From Diplonema japonicum (taxonomy: Eukaryota; Protista; Euglenozoa: Diplonemea), in the NCBI GenBank assembly GCA_964019335.1, contig OZ025701.1, positions 248,001-312,000 on the forward strand: DNA of 64,000 nt. Direction: 5' to 3'. Of the stretch, positions 36,691 through 48,800 are shown piece by piece. The position numbers were made by a program, and so were the translations under genes. Each line of letters opens with the position of its first letter. The first letter of the stretch is position 1. The notes under the pieces were generated by a model. That model made no database searches and was not told the origin of the DNA. It was given only the letters and a program-made list of their open reading frames with translations.

Positions 36691-37356
36691 TAAAAAGGAA
36701 ATAACTGAATTCTGGGTGATGTGGCACCGCTCTGAGGTGTCCATAGAAGCCCCAGGTCAGGTCTATGTGGACGGCCGCTTGTAGAAATTTAAAAAAAAAA
36801 AAAAGAAAAGTGTGGCTTTTGTAATTATGTCATATATGGGATCGTGTCAATGGCAAGGACTTGTTGCAGCAATAAAAAGATGCATTCTGTCGATAAACTG
36901 TATTTATTCTTTGTTCAAAAGGGGGAAGAAGAAAAAAACGCTGAAAATGATTTCGTTTTTGTACAGTTGAAGCAGGGCTAAAAAAAAAAAAAACCTCCCC
37001 CAAAAAAAAACTTTTTTTTCTCGTGCCCCACGCATCTCTACCAGAATTAAGTTTAAGCATACACAATGTGAACCCACTCCCGCCAAAGTTCGCCTTCCAA
37101 TACCAATTCTTCAGCACGCTGCAGCGGGCTTGGAGATATGTATCAAAAAGATTCACTACGATAGGAACGAGGTGGTTAGCAACAAGCCCAAAAAAAATCA
37201 TTATGAACGGGGGGGGGGAGGGGAAAGAAAATTCATTATATGGTAGTAACGCAAAAAGAAATTCATTATGAACGGGGGAGGGGGATATTCTTTTTTTTTT
37301 TCTCTCTCCTTTCTCTTGTATGAGGTACTCGCATGTCGTAGGCTTGTTGGGCTCGC

Positions 37357-37388
<32 letters not shown>

Positions 37389-38178
37389 CCGAGACTAAAA
37401 ACTAGGTGATGGCGGCGTAATGAGCTATTTTATTAGGGGGGGGGGGTAAAAATCCGCTCGTGCAAACAAACAAAAATGAAGCCCCCAATCTAGTTTTTTT
37501 TCCCCCCCCTCTTTTGTGCTCCACCTTGGTGTCAGTTAAATCAAGGATCTCGGGCAATGCAACAAGGAGTTATGTGAGAATGCCTCAAAAGCGAGAAAAA
37601 AGAAAGCAGGGGAAAAGTTATAAGAAAAAAACCCCCCTTTAACAAATGAGGTTAGAGGGGGGGGGGGGGGGGGGAAGAAATCGCAAGTTCATTAGCGATA
37701 AAAGGATAGAACCCCCGCGTGGCTGGCTGCTTAAGGGTTTCAGCACGTGCTTGAAAGCAAATCCCATGCCACTCCTTCACAGAAGGAGAACCACACTTCC
37801 CCTGTGGAAGAAAATTGAGAAAAAAAAGGGGGAGGAGGGGGAAAAAAGCTGGTTTTGCTTTGTTTTTTTTGATCGAAACTGCACGGATCAACTGGCGAAG
37901 CAAAAAAAAAAAAAAAAAAAAAAAGAAATTACTGTAAAGTTGTCAGCCCGACACGATTTCACTTTTACGTACTTTATTTCTCTGATTATCATTCACCTCA
38001 CCCCAAGCTTTGCCTTTTCTTCTTTTTTATTTTTATTTTTTTTTTTTTATTTTTTACTTCCCGTGTTCGAAAGCACTTTGTGAAGCACTACGTAATGATG
38101 CAAATCGCTCAGGGGGTGGCTTTCTTGCGAAATAAAGTTTTGTCCGCCTCAGAAATGACAGCTTTTTTTCTTTTTTTT

Positions 38179-38213
<35 letters not shown>

Positions 38214-39294
38214 CATTCCAGCAGTTCTCATATCATTACTTTAAGGTGCCATCGCCAGTGTGAATTGTGGAAAGGTAGGGAGATGAAAAGATTTTTCTTT
38301 TTCACTATTTTTTTATTTCTTTTTTTCCGGGTTTCTTCTTTTTTTTTGTGGTAAATGCACGCGTAAATCAAGAATAATTGAAACAAGAGGTAAAGGTGCA
38401 CAACGCACACACACACACCCCCGCCCATCACTTTGCTGGGTAAATATCCCTGTTCTGTTCTGTTGCCCGTTGTGCTGCTGATAAATAGCATTGCATTGCG
38501 ACTCGCTAAAGGGGTGTCTCTTTACCTGAGACCTAAACTACATTTCCTTGCCCCCCCCCCAAAAAAAACAAAGGTGGCTAGTCCCTCCGGGAAGGGGGGG
38601 GGATTTAAAAAAGAAGAAAAAACCGAATTCTTTCAGGCTACATTTCCTTTGCAAGTAATTCTTTTTTTTTTTTTATCTTCCCCCCCTGCTGTATGAACGG
38701 CCGTGTCTCTCTCTTTTTTTTTTTTTTTTTTTTTTCCCCCTTTTTTTTTTCCCCTCCCTCTCCCACCCCTTCCTACAGTTAAGCATAAAGCTTTCTTTGA
38801 ATTGAAAAGGGGGGAAATGGGAGGGAGGAACCCGCGTTCTTTTTTTCTTCTTCTTTTAATTTAACCCTGAGTCAGGAGAGGGGGAGCGATTGCCAGCGGC
38901 AACACTCGCTCAAATAATGAGCCACAACTGCTATATAGATTGACAGGCCCCGAGCATCATCAAGGGAAGGGGGCTTTTTTTAGCATTCTCCCCCCCCCCC
39001 CTCTTTTGTACCCTCCTCCCGGGGGGGGGGGGGGAAGAAGAAAAAGAAGTGACCCTCACATACAAAGGAGAAAAAAAAAGAAAGAAAACAAAGAAGAAAG
39101 GAGGGGGGGAAAAAAATAAAGACAGCTAGGGTAGATAGTAAAATGGAAGCAGTAAGAATATGGAAGAAGCAAGAAACGAATTATCTAAAAAAAAAAATTG
39201 AAGGGGGTGTTAGTAACGACCCACCAAGAAAAAAAAATTAGGAAAAAAAAGGTGTTTATTTTTATTTTTTTTTTTTTTTGTTCCTCCAAACTTT

Positions 39295-40870
39295 TTACAC
39301 CTGCGACATTTCAAGCTCTTGTCGGCTGTCGTTTGTTGACCCTGACGAACACACATTCCTCCCCCGTCTCTGTTCCTCTGTGGGTGAAGCAGCTACTTCA
39401 TCTTCTTCGTCAGCACTGCCTCGCCCCGAAAATTTCTTCTTCAACAACGCATTGAAATCGGTTTTTATAGACTCAGGCAGCGAAGGCGTCGCCCAATCAG
39501 TACCCTCAATTTGCAACTTTTTTTTTTTTTTTTTTTTTTTTTCCCCACCCACATACCTGCCAGTACGCAATGAATACAGTCAGCACCCCAGAGTACACGA
39601 CTTTCAAGTAGACCCCTGTGAAGATGAAACCCATGAAAACCCCGAACCAAAACCACTGCAGTTCCCCGTCACTGTGCAACAAGCAAGCCGTACCCGACAA
39701 CGGACCCGAAAGCGACGCAAGACTGAGAAACACCCTCGTAAGCAAGGAATCCTGTATAACAGCGTTGAACGAGGTGCCCAACCGGACCAGATCCCACGTT
39801 TTTCTCGAAGCCGTGTGGAAATCTTCCTTGAAAACAGCAACCCTCACAAAACCGTAATCGTTGAAATGAGCAAGCACTGCATGAGCAGGATAGGATATTA
39901 AGTCACCAAGCGCTTTGATCATCCGAACGGGACCGACGAAGAGCGACCCGTAGCATACGGAACCCGAAGCCGATGTCATTGTGCTTAATAGTGATTTTTT
40001 CACTGGAACGGGTTCCCCATGGAACCACCCGTGCACCACAGGAGCGACCGTGCAAGCAACACAAGATTTGACAACTTCATTTGCCCAGAAGAACACGATG
40101 ACAATGATCCAAAAATGTGTCTTTCCGTACTGCACCGTTGCGGTACCGGTTTCAACAGCGCCCTGCCATGCAGCGATCGCAAGGCCGCATAGTAACGAGC
40201 ATTGCAGTAATGATACGAGGATGACACCGTAGTTTGTAATGGCCAAGGATGCCGCGAGTTGTAAACATGACGAGGAAAAACGTAGCGTCCCCGATAAGAT
40301 CAAGAACACACCCGAGCAGACGGCGAACAAGACCGACACCCAACCATGTGCCAACGACGTTCCCCCCTCGCTCCTCGCGAATGCGTACACCGCAACCCCA
40401 CACCACAACACGATCGACATAATATTCGTACTTATAATCGTTGTGAACGGACACATTCTTAAAAACACGATCAACGCCAACCCAAGCACCGTCGACATAA
40501 AATAACAAGTTAGTACCAGTAAGAACGCGCTGTTTCTGTCGGTGCATGCACTTCGAACGACTATGAGGCCGGTTATTTCTGTCGTTTTTTTGTTTTTTTC
40601 GCATTTGTATATTATTGCGTTATCGTTGTGGCACTCGGCCGCGTAGCTGTTGTGTTCTGGGTGTGGGGGGTTCACGCCCCGGCAGACCCCGTCTGTTGTC
40701 TGGGAGGTGTAGGATTTGTCGTTTTGTTCCTGCCACAGTGTCTCCCTTGTGTCGTCGATCCCTCGCGTTGTCTTCATGATCCCCGCCACCACCAACGTTA
40801 TAACACATACTAGAAACACAAACAGGCACAACCCTTCTCCAAAGCTCTTTTTTGTTGCTTCGCTGGACAT
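39295..40870 (-). CDS. Choline transporter-like (CTL/SLC44/Pns1) membrane protein; 1 intron
   Basis: About 10 hydrophobic segments; TSASGSVCYGSL, FNDYGFVRVAV..F..ASRKTWDL; intron 39517-39556. Confidence 0.88.
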
Positions 40871-41017
40871 CAGTGCCCCGCTCTTATCATCTTCTTTTTT
40901 TTCCTCAATCGTGCTTTCTTTTTTTTTTTTTTTTTCGCCTTTTTTTTTTTTTTTTTTTTTTTTTCTTTTTCCCCCTCCAAGGACAAAAAAGAAGAAGAAA
41001 AAAAAAAATTGTTTTTT

Positions 41018-41932
41018 TCAAAAACAAAAATCTACAATTTTTTTCTTTTCCGTTGCCTCGAAGCATCCTTTGTGTATACCCCTATCAACTATCCCTTTTT
41101 CAATCGATTTTTTGAACCCGAAGCTGTCGTTGGAGAGTTCCGCCATAGTTGATAGAACCTCATGGACGGTAGGGGCAGGAGAGACGGCTTTCAAAGACGT
41201 TATTAGAAGAGAAAGAAGTGTACAGGACGCACGGAACAAAGAGACACCTATGTGGGGCATCAACGCTTCAACGAGCGTCCCCGTGAAGATCTTCACGATG
41301 AAGGGCAAATTCCTCTGCGAGTGAGAAGGGTTGGTTATACAAGAAGCAACAGTGACGTCATTCCTAAACTCGCTAACAATACCCGTTTTGGCCGCCGCAT
41401 CACACAAAGCTTTTGACGTACTCGTCAGCAAGAATAAACCCATTAAATCCCCAAAACCCTCGTGCAGGGCCGCTGCATCGCCTACCCTATAACCGTACAT
41501 ATCTGGTTTCCAAATGTCCAGAACAAAATGCCCCACCTCATGGCATATCACTTTGAATTCTCCTGCCTGTTCCTCAGCCAGTTTTATGTATCTCTCGCTT
41601 CTGTTGAACGAAGAGGTCGTGCCCTTTACCACGATATCCAAATCAGGCAGGTTGTTAATCGCTGTCTCATCGAGCAGCGCTTCTAGCAGAACCCATGTTA
41701 TCACATATATCCGCTCACCCGTGTCGGTGTGGGGTGTTTTTATCTGCGTTCTGCCCTTTTTGGTTTTTATCTTGGTTTGCAGTTCTCTTGTGTTGATGGT
41801 GGTGGTAAGGTACGTTTTGTCGTTTTTGCCCGGAAGGGAGTCGATGAATTGCGTGGTTGCTTTGAGGTGTGCCTCACTCGATGTGTTGAGTTCATGCAGT
41901 GCAGAGAGGATCCCTACACCGGGCCATGACAT
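41018..41932 (-). CDS. Gluzincin zinc metallopeptidase-like (M4/M36-like)
   Basis: VICHEVGHFV followed by AALHEGFGD (third-ligand Glu); may be spliced to the upstream ORF. Confidence 0.7.
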   Translation of the reverse strand: MSWPGVGILSALHELNTSSEAHLKATTQFIDSLPGKNDKTYLTTTINTRELQTKIKTKKGRTQIKTPHTDTGERIYVITWVLLEALLDETAINNLPDLDIVVKGTTSSFNRSERYIKLAEEQAGEFKVICHEVGHFVLDIWKPDMYGYRVGDAAALHEGFGDLMGLFLLTSTSKALCDAAAKTGIVSEFRNDVTVASCITNPSHSQRNLPFIVKIFTGTLVEALMPHIGVSLFRASCTLLSLLITSLKAVSPAPTVHEVLSTMAELSNDSFGFKKSIEKGIVDRGIHKGCFEATEKKKIVDFCF

Positions 41933-42063
41933 TTCCTCTTGACTACTTTTTTTTTTTTTTTTTCTTGTGGAAAATAAAAAAAAAAAAAAAAAAAAAAGAA
42001 TACGTTGAAAAACATTTCTTTTTTTTTTTTTTTTTTTTTCCCCCACCCGTGGGAAAACCCTCT

Positions 42064-43155
42064 TCACACGCTCTTCTCCGTAAAGAGTAAAGGAATATAC
42101 GTTAATGAGACGGATTTATACAAATCATGAAGCATGGGGATCTCGTCTTTGAAAGGGTTGCGGAAGCCCGACTGAACAAGCAGCGCATGAGAGATCCTAT
42201 CCCGCACGAAATAAGGCGGGGCGTCCAAAATCTTCAAATGCTCTTTTTTCACGTCTATAGTAGGCAGAGATGCTACCTCGGTGAGCCTGTGCAGCAACAG
42301 CGCCATGTCGGTGCAGAACGCTGATATCAACAAACGAAAACCCTGGACCGCGATTTTGTTCTGATGCTCGGTAGGCTCCGACACCACGTCGGGCTCGATG
42401 GGCTCCGTTCGTTTTTTTGAGGAAATCTTTATCCCGCGGGGTGGGTGGGGGCTCCTTGTTTCTTTGACAGGGTGTTCCATCACCCCCACGATATTGATCC
42501 TCGCAGGCCCAGTGACCCGTCCCGTCCATTCCAAAGGAGGAGGAGGAGGTTTCAAAATCGGTAGTTCCGTGGTTAATGGCCTGATATTGTATGCAAGTGC
42601 TGCGGTGTGCCATTTCATGAAAATTTTTTTTAGTTTTTTTGCGTGGCATTCTGAGCGGTTCTCCGCCTCCTCTGTCCGATCCTTCAAAACTTGCATTCGA
42701 TTCCGCAGGGTAGACAAATCATCAAGAAAATCTGTTCTCTGGGTGTCTACCATTTCTTGCACGTCTCTATGTTCCGTGCAACGTAGCAAGTTGGTATACA
42801 TCCCGGAACATGTATTTGTTGCTTTGTTGATTAACGTGAATTTTTGTTCGTTGGTGAGTTTCGATTTTTCACGTGTAGCTTGAGAGTACTCTGGAGGGTT
42901 TGCTGTGAGATGGTACGACTGCATGGTGCTGCTGTCTTCGCCCTCGTCCTCGAGCCTTGCGTTCTCGTCCTCCTGCAGCTCCTCCAAGAACCCTAGTAAC
43001 ATCCATGTTTTTTCCTTCTGCATCTTCAGCTCCATGGCCGCCATCCCGTGTTTCGCTCTCAAACTGCGGATTTCCTCTGCCATGCCTGTCTGCTTGGCTT
43101 CCATTCTCGCGATCGTTTCATGCATTTTGGAGGCCGAGCGGTTTCGACTCGGCAT
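42064..43155 (-). CDS. Hypothetical coiled-coil protein
   Basis: ORF from ATG 43155; ends at AGC/GTGTGA, a possible donor. Confidence 0.72.
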   Translation of the reverse strand: MPSRNRSASKMHETIARMEAKQTGMAEEIRSLRAKHGMAAMELKMQKEKTWMLLGFLEELQEDENARLEDEGEDSSTMQSYHLTANPPEYSQATREKSKLTNEQKFTLINKATNTCSGMYTNLLRCTEHRDVQEMVDTQRTDFLDDLSTLRNRMQVLKDRTEEAENRSECHAKKLKKIFMKWHTAALAYNIRPLTTELPILKPPPPPLEWTGRVTGPARINIVGVMEHPVKETRSPHPPRGIKISSKKRTEPIEPDVVSEPTEHQNKIAVQGFRLLISAFCTDMALLLHRLTEVASLPTIDVKKEHLKILDAPPYFVRDRISHALLVQSGFRNPFKDEIPMLHDLYKSVSLTYIPLLFTEKSV

Positions 43156-43243
43156 TTTGTTTTCCCCCCTCCCCCACTGGTTGTTGGAAAAAAAAAACTT
43201 CAAGGAGTGAAAATAAAACGTCCAGAAAGAAAGAAAAAAAAAA

Positions 43244-43356
43244 CTCGATGATTTAAAGGAAGCCGTGGGGGCACCCTGCACAAGCACCATTTACTTGTTT
43301 ACAGGGGGCGCATCTGCGTCCGTCCAGCCCCATTTTGGCACCCCTTTTGGGTGCGG
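43244..43356 (-). repeat. Dispersed repeat family S, terminal fragment
   Basis: Shares An-CTCGATGATTTAAAGGAAGCCG..GGGGGCACCCTGCAC with 12392. Confidence 0.7.
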
Positions 43357-43380
43357 AAAAAAAAAAAAAAAAAAAAAAAA

Positions 43381-43420
43381 AGACATTTAAGGGTACCTGC
43401 GGTATGTGACAGGACGCCTG
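43381..43420 (-). repeat. Conserved 40-nt hairpin motif, copy 3
   Basis: The stem change C>T gives a U-G pair on the minus strand. Confidence 0.85.
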
Positions 43421-43817
43421 AGAAAAAAACAGGGAGGAAAGTATCCGAAGACTGAGAACTTGTCGGATCCCCCTTATTTTTTTACCTGCTCGAGTAGGGG
43501 GGGGGGAAAAAAAAACATAAGAAACAAACATTTTTTTTTTCTACTCAGCAGAAAAAAAAGGGGGGGCAACAAGGCCGGTAGCTCGGCAAAAGTAGCATAA
43601 TGATTAGCTATTTATTGCCAACAAATAATGAGTCACTATTTAACTCCCGAATTTTTTTTGCACTCGGGCCCGGACTTAGTTTTTTTTTTCTTCTTTCTTT
43701 TTCTTCTCCAACCCATCCCATACTGAGGTGATTTTTGTTGCAACGTAGTGTTCGGGAGAAAAAAAAAAAAGAGAAAATCTGCTGCGCGATTTTCTTTTTT
43801 TTTTTTTTTTTTTTTTT

Positions 43818-44714
43818 TTACCATTCTGAGGTGATTTTTGTTGCAACATCAACCGTCACAGCTACGTAGAGCAACACCTTTGCTCTTCCAATATAAAGCA
43901 CCTTCCCATCATCATACTGGTACTCAATGGGGGAACCATAGCCATCATAGTACGACGCAGCAAGCACCGTGGTGAAGAGATCAACAAACCATCCTTGGCA
44001 AGACCCGTATAGAAAACACGCTTCACAAAGCTCATGGAGGTGGGGTTTTTTGGAGGGCCCGCTTGTTTCCTCGCCCACTATGAAGTCTTTGGAAACTCCT
44101 TCCATGTGACATTCTTTGCAATATTGCGCTAAAACCCTATCATTTTCGACATCGTACCTTGCAAGGCGGGAATACCATGACTGCCTGCATTTTCTGTTTG
44201 TGCACCTGAAGCGAGCTTCCACCTTGCAGTGATGGGTTGTGCCAAGTTTGTATTTGGGGTCTTCAAGTGCCTTGTTGCATGTCTCACATGCTGTGTCTTC
44301 GAACCTATTATTTCTCCTTTTTTGGAACTTACCATTATCCATTTCGTTGAAGAAAGCACGTGCAGTGGGGTCAGATCTGAGCTCTTGCCGTAAGGCTCTC
44401 TTGCGGGCACCTTGCCTGTTGAACAGCCCGTGCCGCATTGTGTTCATTGTCTTTTTTATCTCCTCGAACTCTTCTTCTTCGTAGCCGTTGTTCTCAAGGC
44501 GCATTGTGAATGTGCCTGTTTCGCCTGTTGACTTTGTGATGGTCCATTTGTTCTTTGCAACGGCGACGTTGATGACACCACGCAAAGCTTCGAACCTTCT
44601 GCTCAGCGTACCCTCGATGTCGACGGGGTGCGTCTGGCACTCTTTCAGCACCGCTTTCACAAGCTTCCAGATGTCCTTTTCCCAACGCGAGTTCTCCTTC
44701 TTGCGGATCGGCAT
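43818..44714 (-). CDS. 3CxxC-type zinc-finger protein (RTP/ZAR1-like domain)
   Basis: RFRCTNRKCRQSWYS...QYCKEC...KPHLHELCEACFLYGSC pattern, plus an upstream CxxC..HHC. Confidence 0.82.
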   Translation of the reverse strand: MPIRKKENSRWEKDIWKLVKAVLKECQTHPVDIEGTLSRRFEALRGVINVAVAKNKWTITKSTGETGTFTMRLENNGYEEEEFEEIKKTMNTMRHGLFNRQGARKRALRQELRSDPTARAFFNEMDNGKFQKRRNNRFEDTACETCNKALEDPKYKLGTTHHCKVEARFRCTNRKCRQSWYSRLARYDVENDRVLAQYCKECHMEGVSKDFIVGEETSGPSKKPHLHELCEACFLYGSCQGWFVDLFTTVLAASYYDGYGSPIEYQYDDGKVLYIGRAKVLLYVAVTVDVATKITSEW

Positions 44715-45105
44715 TTTGTTTTTTTTTTAAAACCTTTTTTCTTTTTTTTTCTTGGGGGGGGGGAAAGAGAAAAAGATTTATTAATACTGAAAACAAAAGA
44801 GAACAAAAGAAAATCCGGAAGTTTTTTTTTTTTTTTTTTTTTTTTTCCGTTCTCCTAGATTTCTTTTGAGAGGTGGGGTGGGAGAGGGGGTTAACTCTGT
44901 CGCCCTGGCTCCGAACTGATGTTGCCAGGCTCATCCCGAAAAGACACGCATTGCGTTGTGTCTAAAAGGAAAAGGTCCGAACGGAGAGGGTGACTTGGCT
45001 ATTTCTTTTTCTTTTCTTTTCTTTTTCTTTCTTTTCTTTTTTTTCGAGTTTGAACTTTATCCATGTTCAAGACCCAGTGAAATAATAATAATCATTAAAC
45101 AAGCA

Positions 45106-45141
<36 letters not shown>

Positions 45142-45851
45142 TAGAGAGCAGTTTATTAGGAATCAAGTTGAAGATATCTGGAACATTGGGGAGGGGGGGG
45201 CAGAGAGGGAAGAGCGAGCGAGGGGGTGCGCGAAAAAATATACCATTGTTTCTCAAGGTTTTTTTTTTTGCACACAGTAAAAGGTTTTTGGTTCGTTTAC
45301 CTTCAGGGCTTTTTCATTTTTTTTTCTTTTTTTTTTCCACAAGCACATTTTACCCAAAAGGACGAACGGCCATCTCTAAAAAAAGAGAGGAAGAGGGAGG
45401 CAAAAAATAATTCACTTTGATACGAAGAAAGTGGTTAGCAACGGCCCACAAAAAAACTCACTATAAGCAGGGCAATGATGAAAGGTTACAGAAACATTGT
45501 TCCTGTTTTTTTTTTCTTCTTCTTCTTCTTCTTCTTCTTTTTTTTTTTTTTTTTTTTTTTTTTCCTTTCCTTTTGTTTTGTTTTTATCAAACGTCTGCTT
45601 GAGTTTTCTTTTTGCGCAATTGCGAACAGGAGGAAGCGAGAGGGAGAATTGGGGAGCAAGAAAAGAAAGAAAGAAGGAGTGAAGAATTCACTGTGATGGG
45701 GAGTGCTGAACGACTTTACTTAAATAAAAAGTCGCGCATTCGAGAAAAGCTCAATAATAAAAATAAGAATCGGGGGGGGGTTTTTTTTTCTTCTTCTTTT
45801 TTTTCTGTTCCAATTCTTTTATAGTAAACATATTCACGTTTTTGAGAAACT

Positions 45852-48800
45852 CTAGAGAACTGGCTCCACACCAGGATGTCCATCTGGGCAGACAGCGCGG
45901 CAACAGGCGACACCGCCGGAGGTCTGACCGCAGTCCCCAGCAGGCATCGCAGGACACTGCTTCTTGTCAGCAGACATGGTGCAGTAGTCGAGGGACCATT
46001 CCGACCCAGATGCGGCGGTCCTGTTGTAGCTCACCTTCACGTAATGATCGTGGCCATCTGCAAGCGAGGACACAGCGGTGATGGACGTAATCTTCCCGCT
46101 CTTGAGGTTCAGCAGTTTCTCTGGGCTGATGTGCACCTCGTGGCTGTGTCCACCCCCCGTCAGAAGAACCAGCTCTGCTCCGTAGGCCTCTGACCGTGTC
46201 TCCTCCACGATGCTCTTCAGGGCAGGACTTTTCCCACCCACTAGAAGCTCGTGAAGCGCTTTCGTTTCCTTCCAGATCGTGTTCCCGTACTCATGTACAG
46301 GGTATATCGGATACCTCTGTCGCACCTCACCAATCCCTTCGATCTCCGGGAACAGAATCCAGTGGCCAGACGCCCTTACCTCGCGCTCCTTCCCGTTCTT
46401 GTCCTCCACGTAGGTGACACCACCCGAGGTGTCCGCTTTGTCCACGTTCTTCGCATCCTTGAAGAACGAAGAGGGTGTTTGGAAGAACAGGTTCTGTCTG
46501 CCCCCCTTGTACGGTGTGCCCTTCTTCCCGTTTCGTCCGTTTTCCGTCACCGAGTCGAAATTCGGGTCAGCTTTCTCAAAGTACTCGATGTTGTACGGGT
46601 TCCACTTCGTGAGCGGGGTGAGGTATATCATCTCCAACGGGATGGCGTACGACCATCGCTGCTCCCAGCATTTCTTGTAGACGCATTTCCCTTTTGCCCA
46701 CGCACACTTCGCCTCCACGGCCCCTCCGTCCAGCTCTGCCTTGTCCCAGTGAGCGTATTTAGAGCATGCGCTCTGGGACTTCAGCCCGGCGCATTCCGTT
46801 GTGCGATCCTTGTCGCGCTGCGATGCTCGTGCCAGAGGAGCTGCGTCCAGCTTTGCGCACACCTTCTGCGGGCTCACCTTCTCATGCGTGGTCTGTGCTG
46901 CGAACAGGTAGTCGTTGAAGGAACGCTTCTTCTCAGTCCGTCCCATCGCGTCCTTCTCCAGCATGGAGTAGTAGCGGCTGTACTTCGCTGTGTTCAACAC
47001 CTGCCCTCCTTCGTACTCTCCACACGTCGACCCGAAGGCTGTGTCCTGTAGGTTTCCGTTGGGACCGTCGAAACCGGAGAGCTGCCCCATCAGCGAGTCC
47101 ACGTACTCGTAGGTTGTCTCTCCCTTCGGCCACGGTGCGTCTTCCGTCCACTTGCCTTCCTCGGTCGGGTTCACGTCGAACGTCGCACGCTTTGTCTTTC
47201 CTGTCATCTCACGCGTGGCGGGCTTGGAGAACCGCAGCTGCACGTGGAGATCGTTCCGCACCCTGAAGCGCTTCGTGCTGATGTGCTGGTTCATAGACTT
47301 GCAGGTGATTCGGTAGAACCACTGCGCGAGACGTGGCTCAAAGGTGTCCTCGCCGTTTTCAATCATGCCGCGGAAAGCAGTCGGGAGGTAGGGAAGGTTT
47401 TCTAAGGTGTTCTTCTGCCCGCTTTGGAACAGGAAGTTGTTTTTGTCGTTCAGGTCCGACCAGCTGTCTGCATCCACGTGGTGACGCTCCGAAGCAAACG
47501 GTTCGGCGACGTCGTCTTGCGCTTCCACCCATGCCCCCTCCAGGTAGCAAAGCACAGGCTTAAAGTAGTCGCGGAAGTCACGGTGCGTCACGTTCTGCGT
47601 GTGGAAGGCGCGGAAGTACTCCCGCATCTCGGCTGCCTGCGCATCCACGTTCCCTGCAGCCGTGACAGACGGTGGCACCTCAGGGAAGTCCACCTCCTTT
47701 GCCTTCGGTGGCCACGAGGATGTGTATTCCGCCACTGTCAGGCTGCTGTCAGGCTCCAAAAGCGAGTAGTCGTTGTGCCGCGTGGTGAACTGCACCCCGT
47801 TCAAAACAGCGCCGAATTCCCCCAACCCCATAGTGTGACGCAAGTTTGCGTGGTTGTGCGTCCCAACGGCAGCTCCCCTAGTATGGCTGCTCGTGTGGTA
47901 CGCATCTGTCCCGTGCCCATAAGCGCGCACGACGGTGATCCCTGACTGTCCTTGCTCCCGCACCCTTTGTTGCATTCTGGTTTCATAAGAGATCAGCTGC
48001 CTTCCCATAGCGGCCACCGCCCCCTTCAACCTGTCCACGGATGCCGAATCAGGGATCTGTCCAGGATTAGCCCCCAGCCCGTAAGCAGCAGGGTCGTACA
48101 GCGGACACTCTGCCATCACCTCTTCTGTGGGGTTCAGCACTTGCACCTCCAGCCTCGCGTTCTTGCCCCATCCCTTCGGCATCGAGCTCACCACTCCGAA
48201 CGGCGTCACCTTACTGTCCCAGCACAGCTCCCTCCTGTCGGGGTCAGATTTTCCAAAGGACGTTGATCCAAAGTAGTGACTCCCAATTGTCTTAAGTTCC
48301 AAGCTGAAGTTCTTCCCTGCTAATTCCAGTCCATCGAAGTCCAACTTCCCAGCAAGCAGGTCCGCACGGTCGAAGTCACATTCTTCGAATGCCTTCTCAT
48401 CTTTGAATTTCCACAAATCCATCTTGCTGGTCGCACGCCAGAACACCAGCTCGTCCCCAAGGTAGGAATACATTGCACTATCGTACATGTTGTTGGACCA
48501 CTTGCAGACATCGTCGGTGATGGTGGTGTGTGTCTGCATCGAAGGGCTCCCGCTCGAGCTCCCGGCACGGATCGCAGTCCCCCCGACCACGCACCTGTTG
48601 TCGGCGTTCCCAGCGTTCTTGTACACGTATCGGGTAACGGGGACGTAGACAGACGTCACGTTGGGTGTGATGGTGCAATAGCCGTCCCGACCGGGGGGGC
48701 CCGCGGTTCCGTTCGCCAGCTGTGTCAGGTTTGCCACTTCTTCTCGGAGTTGCTGGATCTCGTCCTGCTGGCCATTAGGGACCCCGCCTGCTCCCCCGCA

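Noticed and set aside
36800-39200. Possible genes or snoRNAs in the long spacer between separase and CTL
   Set aside because: Only short non-homopolymer islands; no consistent exon chain or paired C/D boxes. One weak similarity (37150-37210 vs 45428-45470) is too short to classify.
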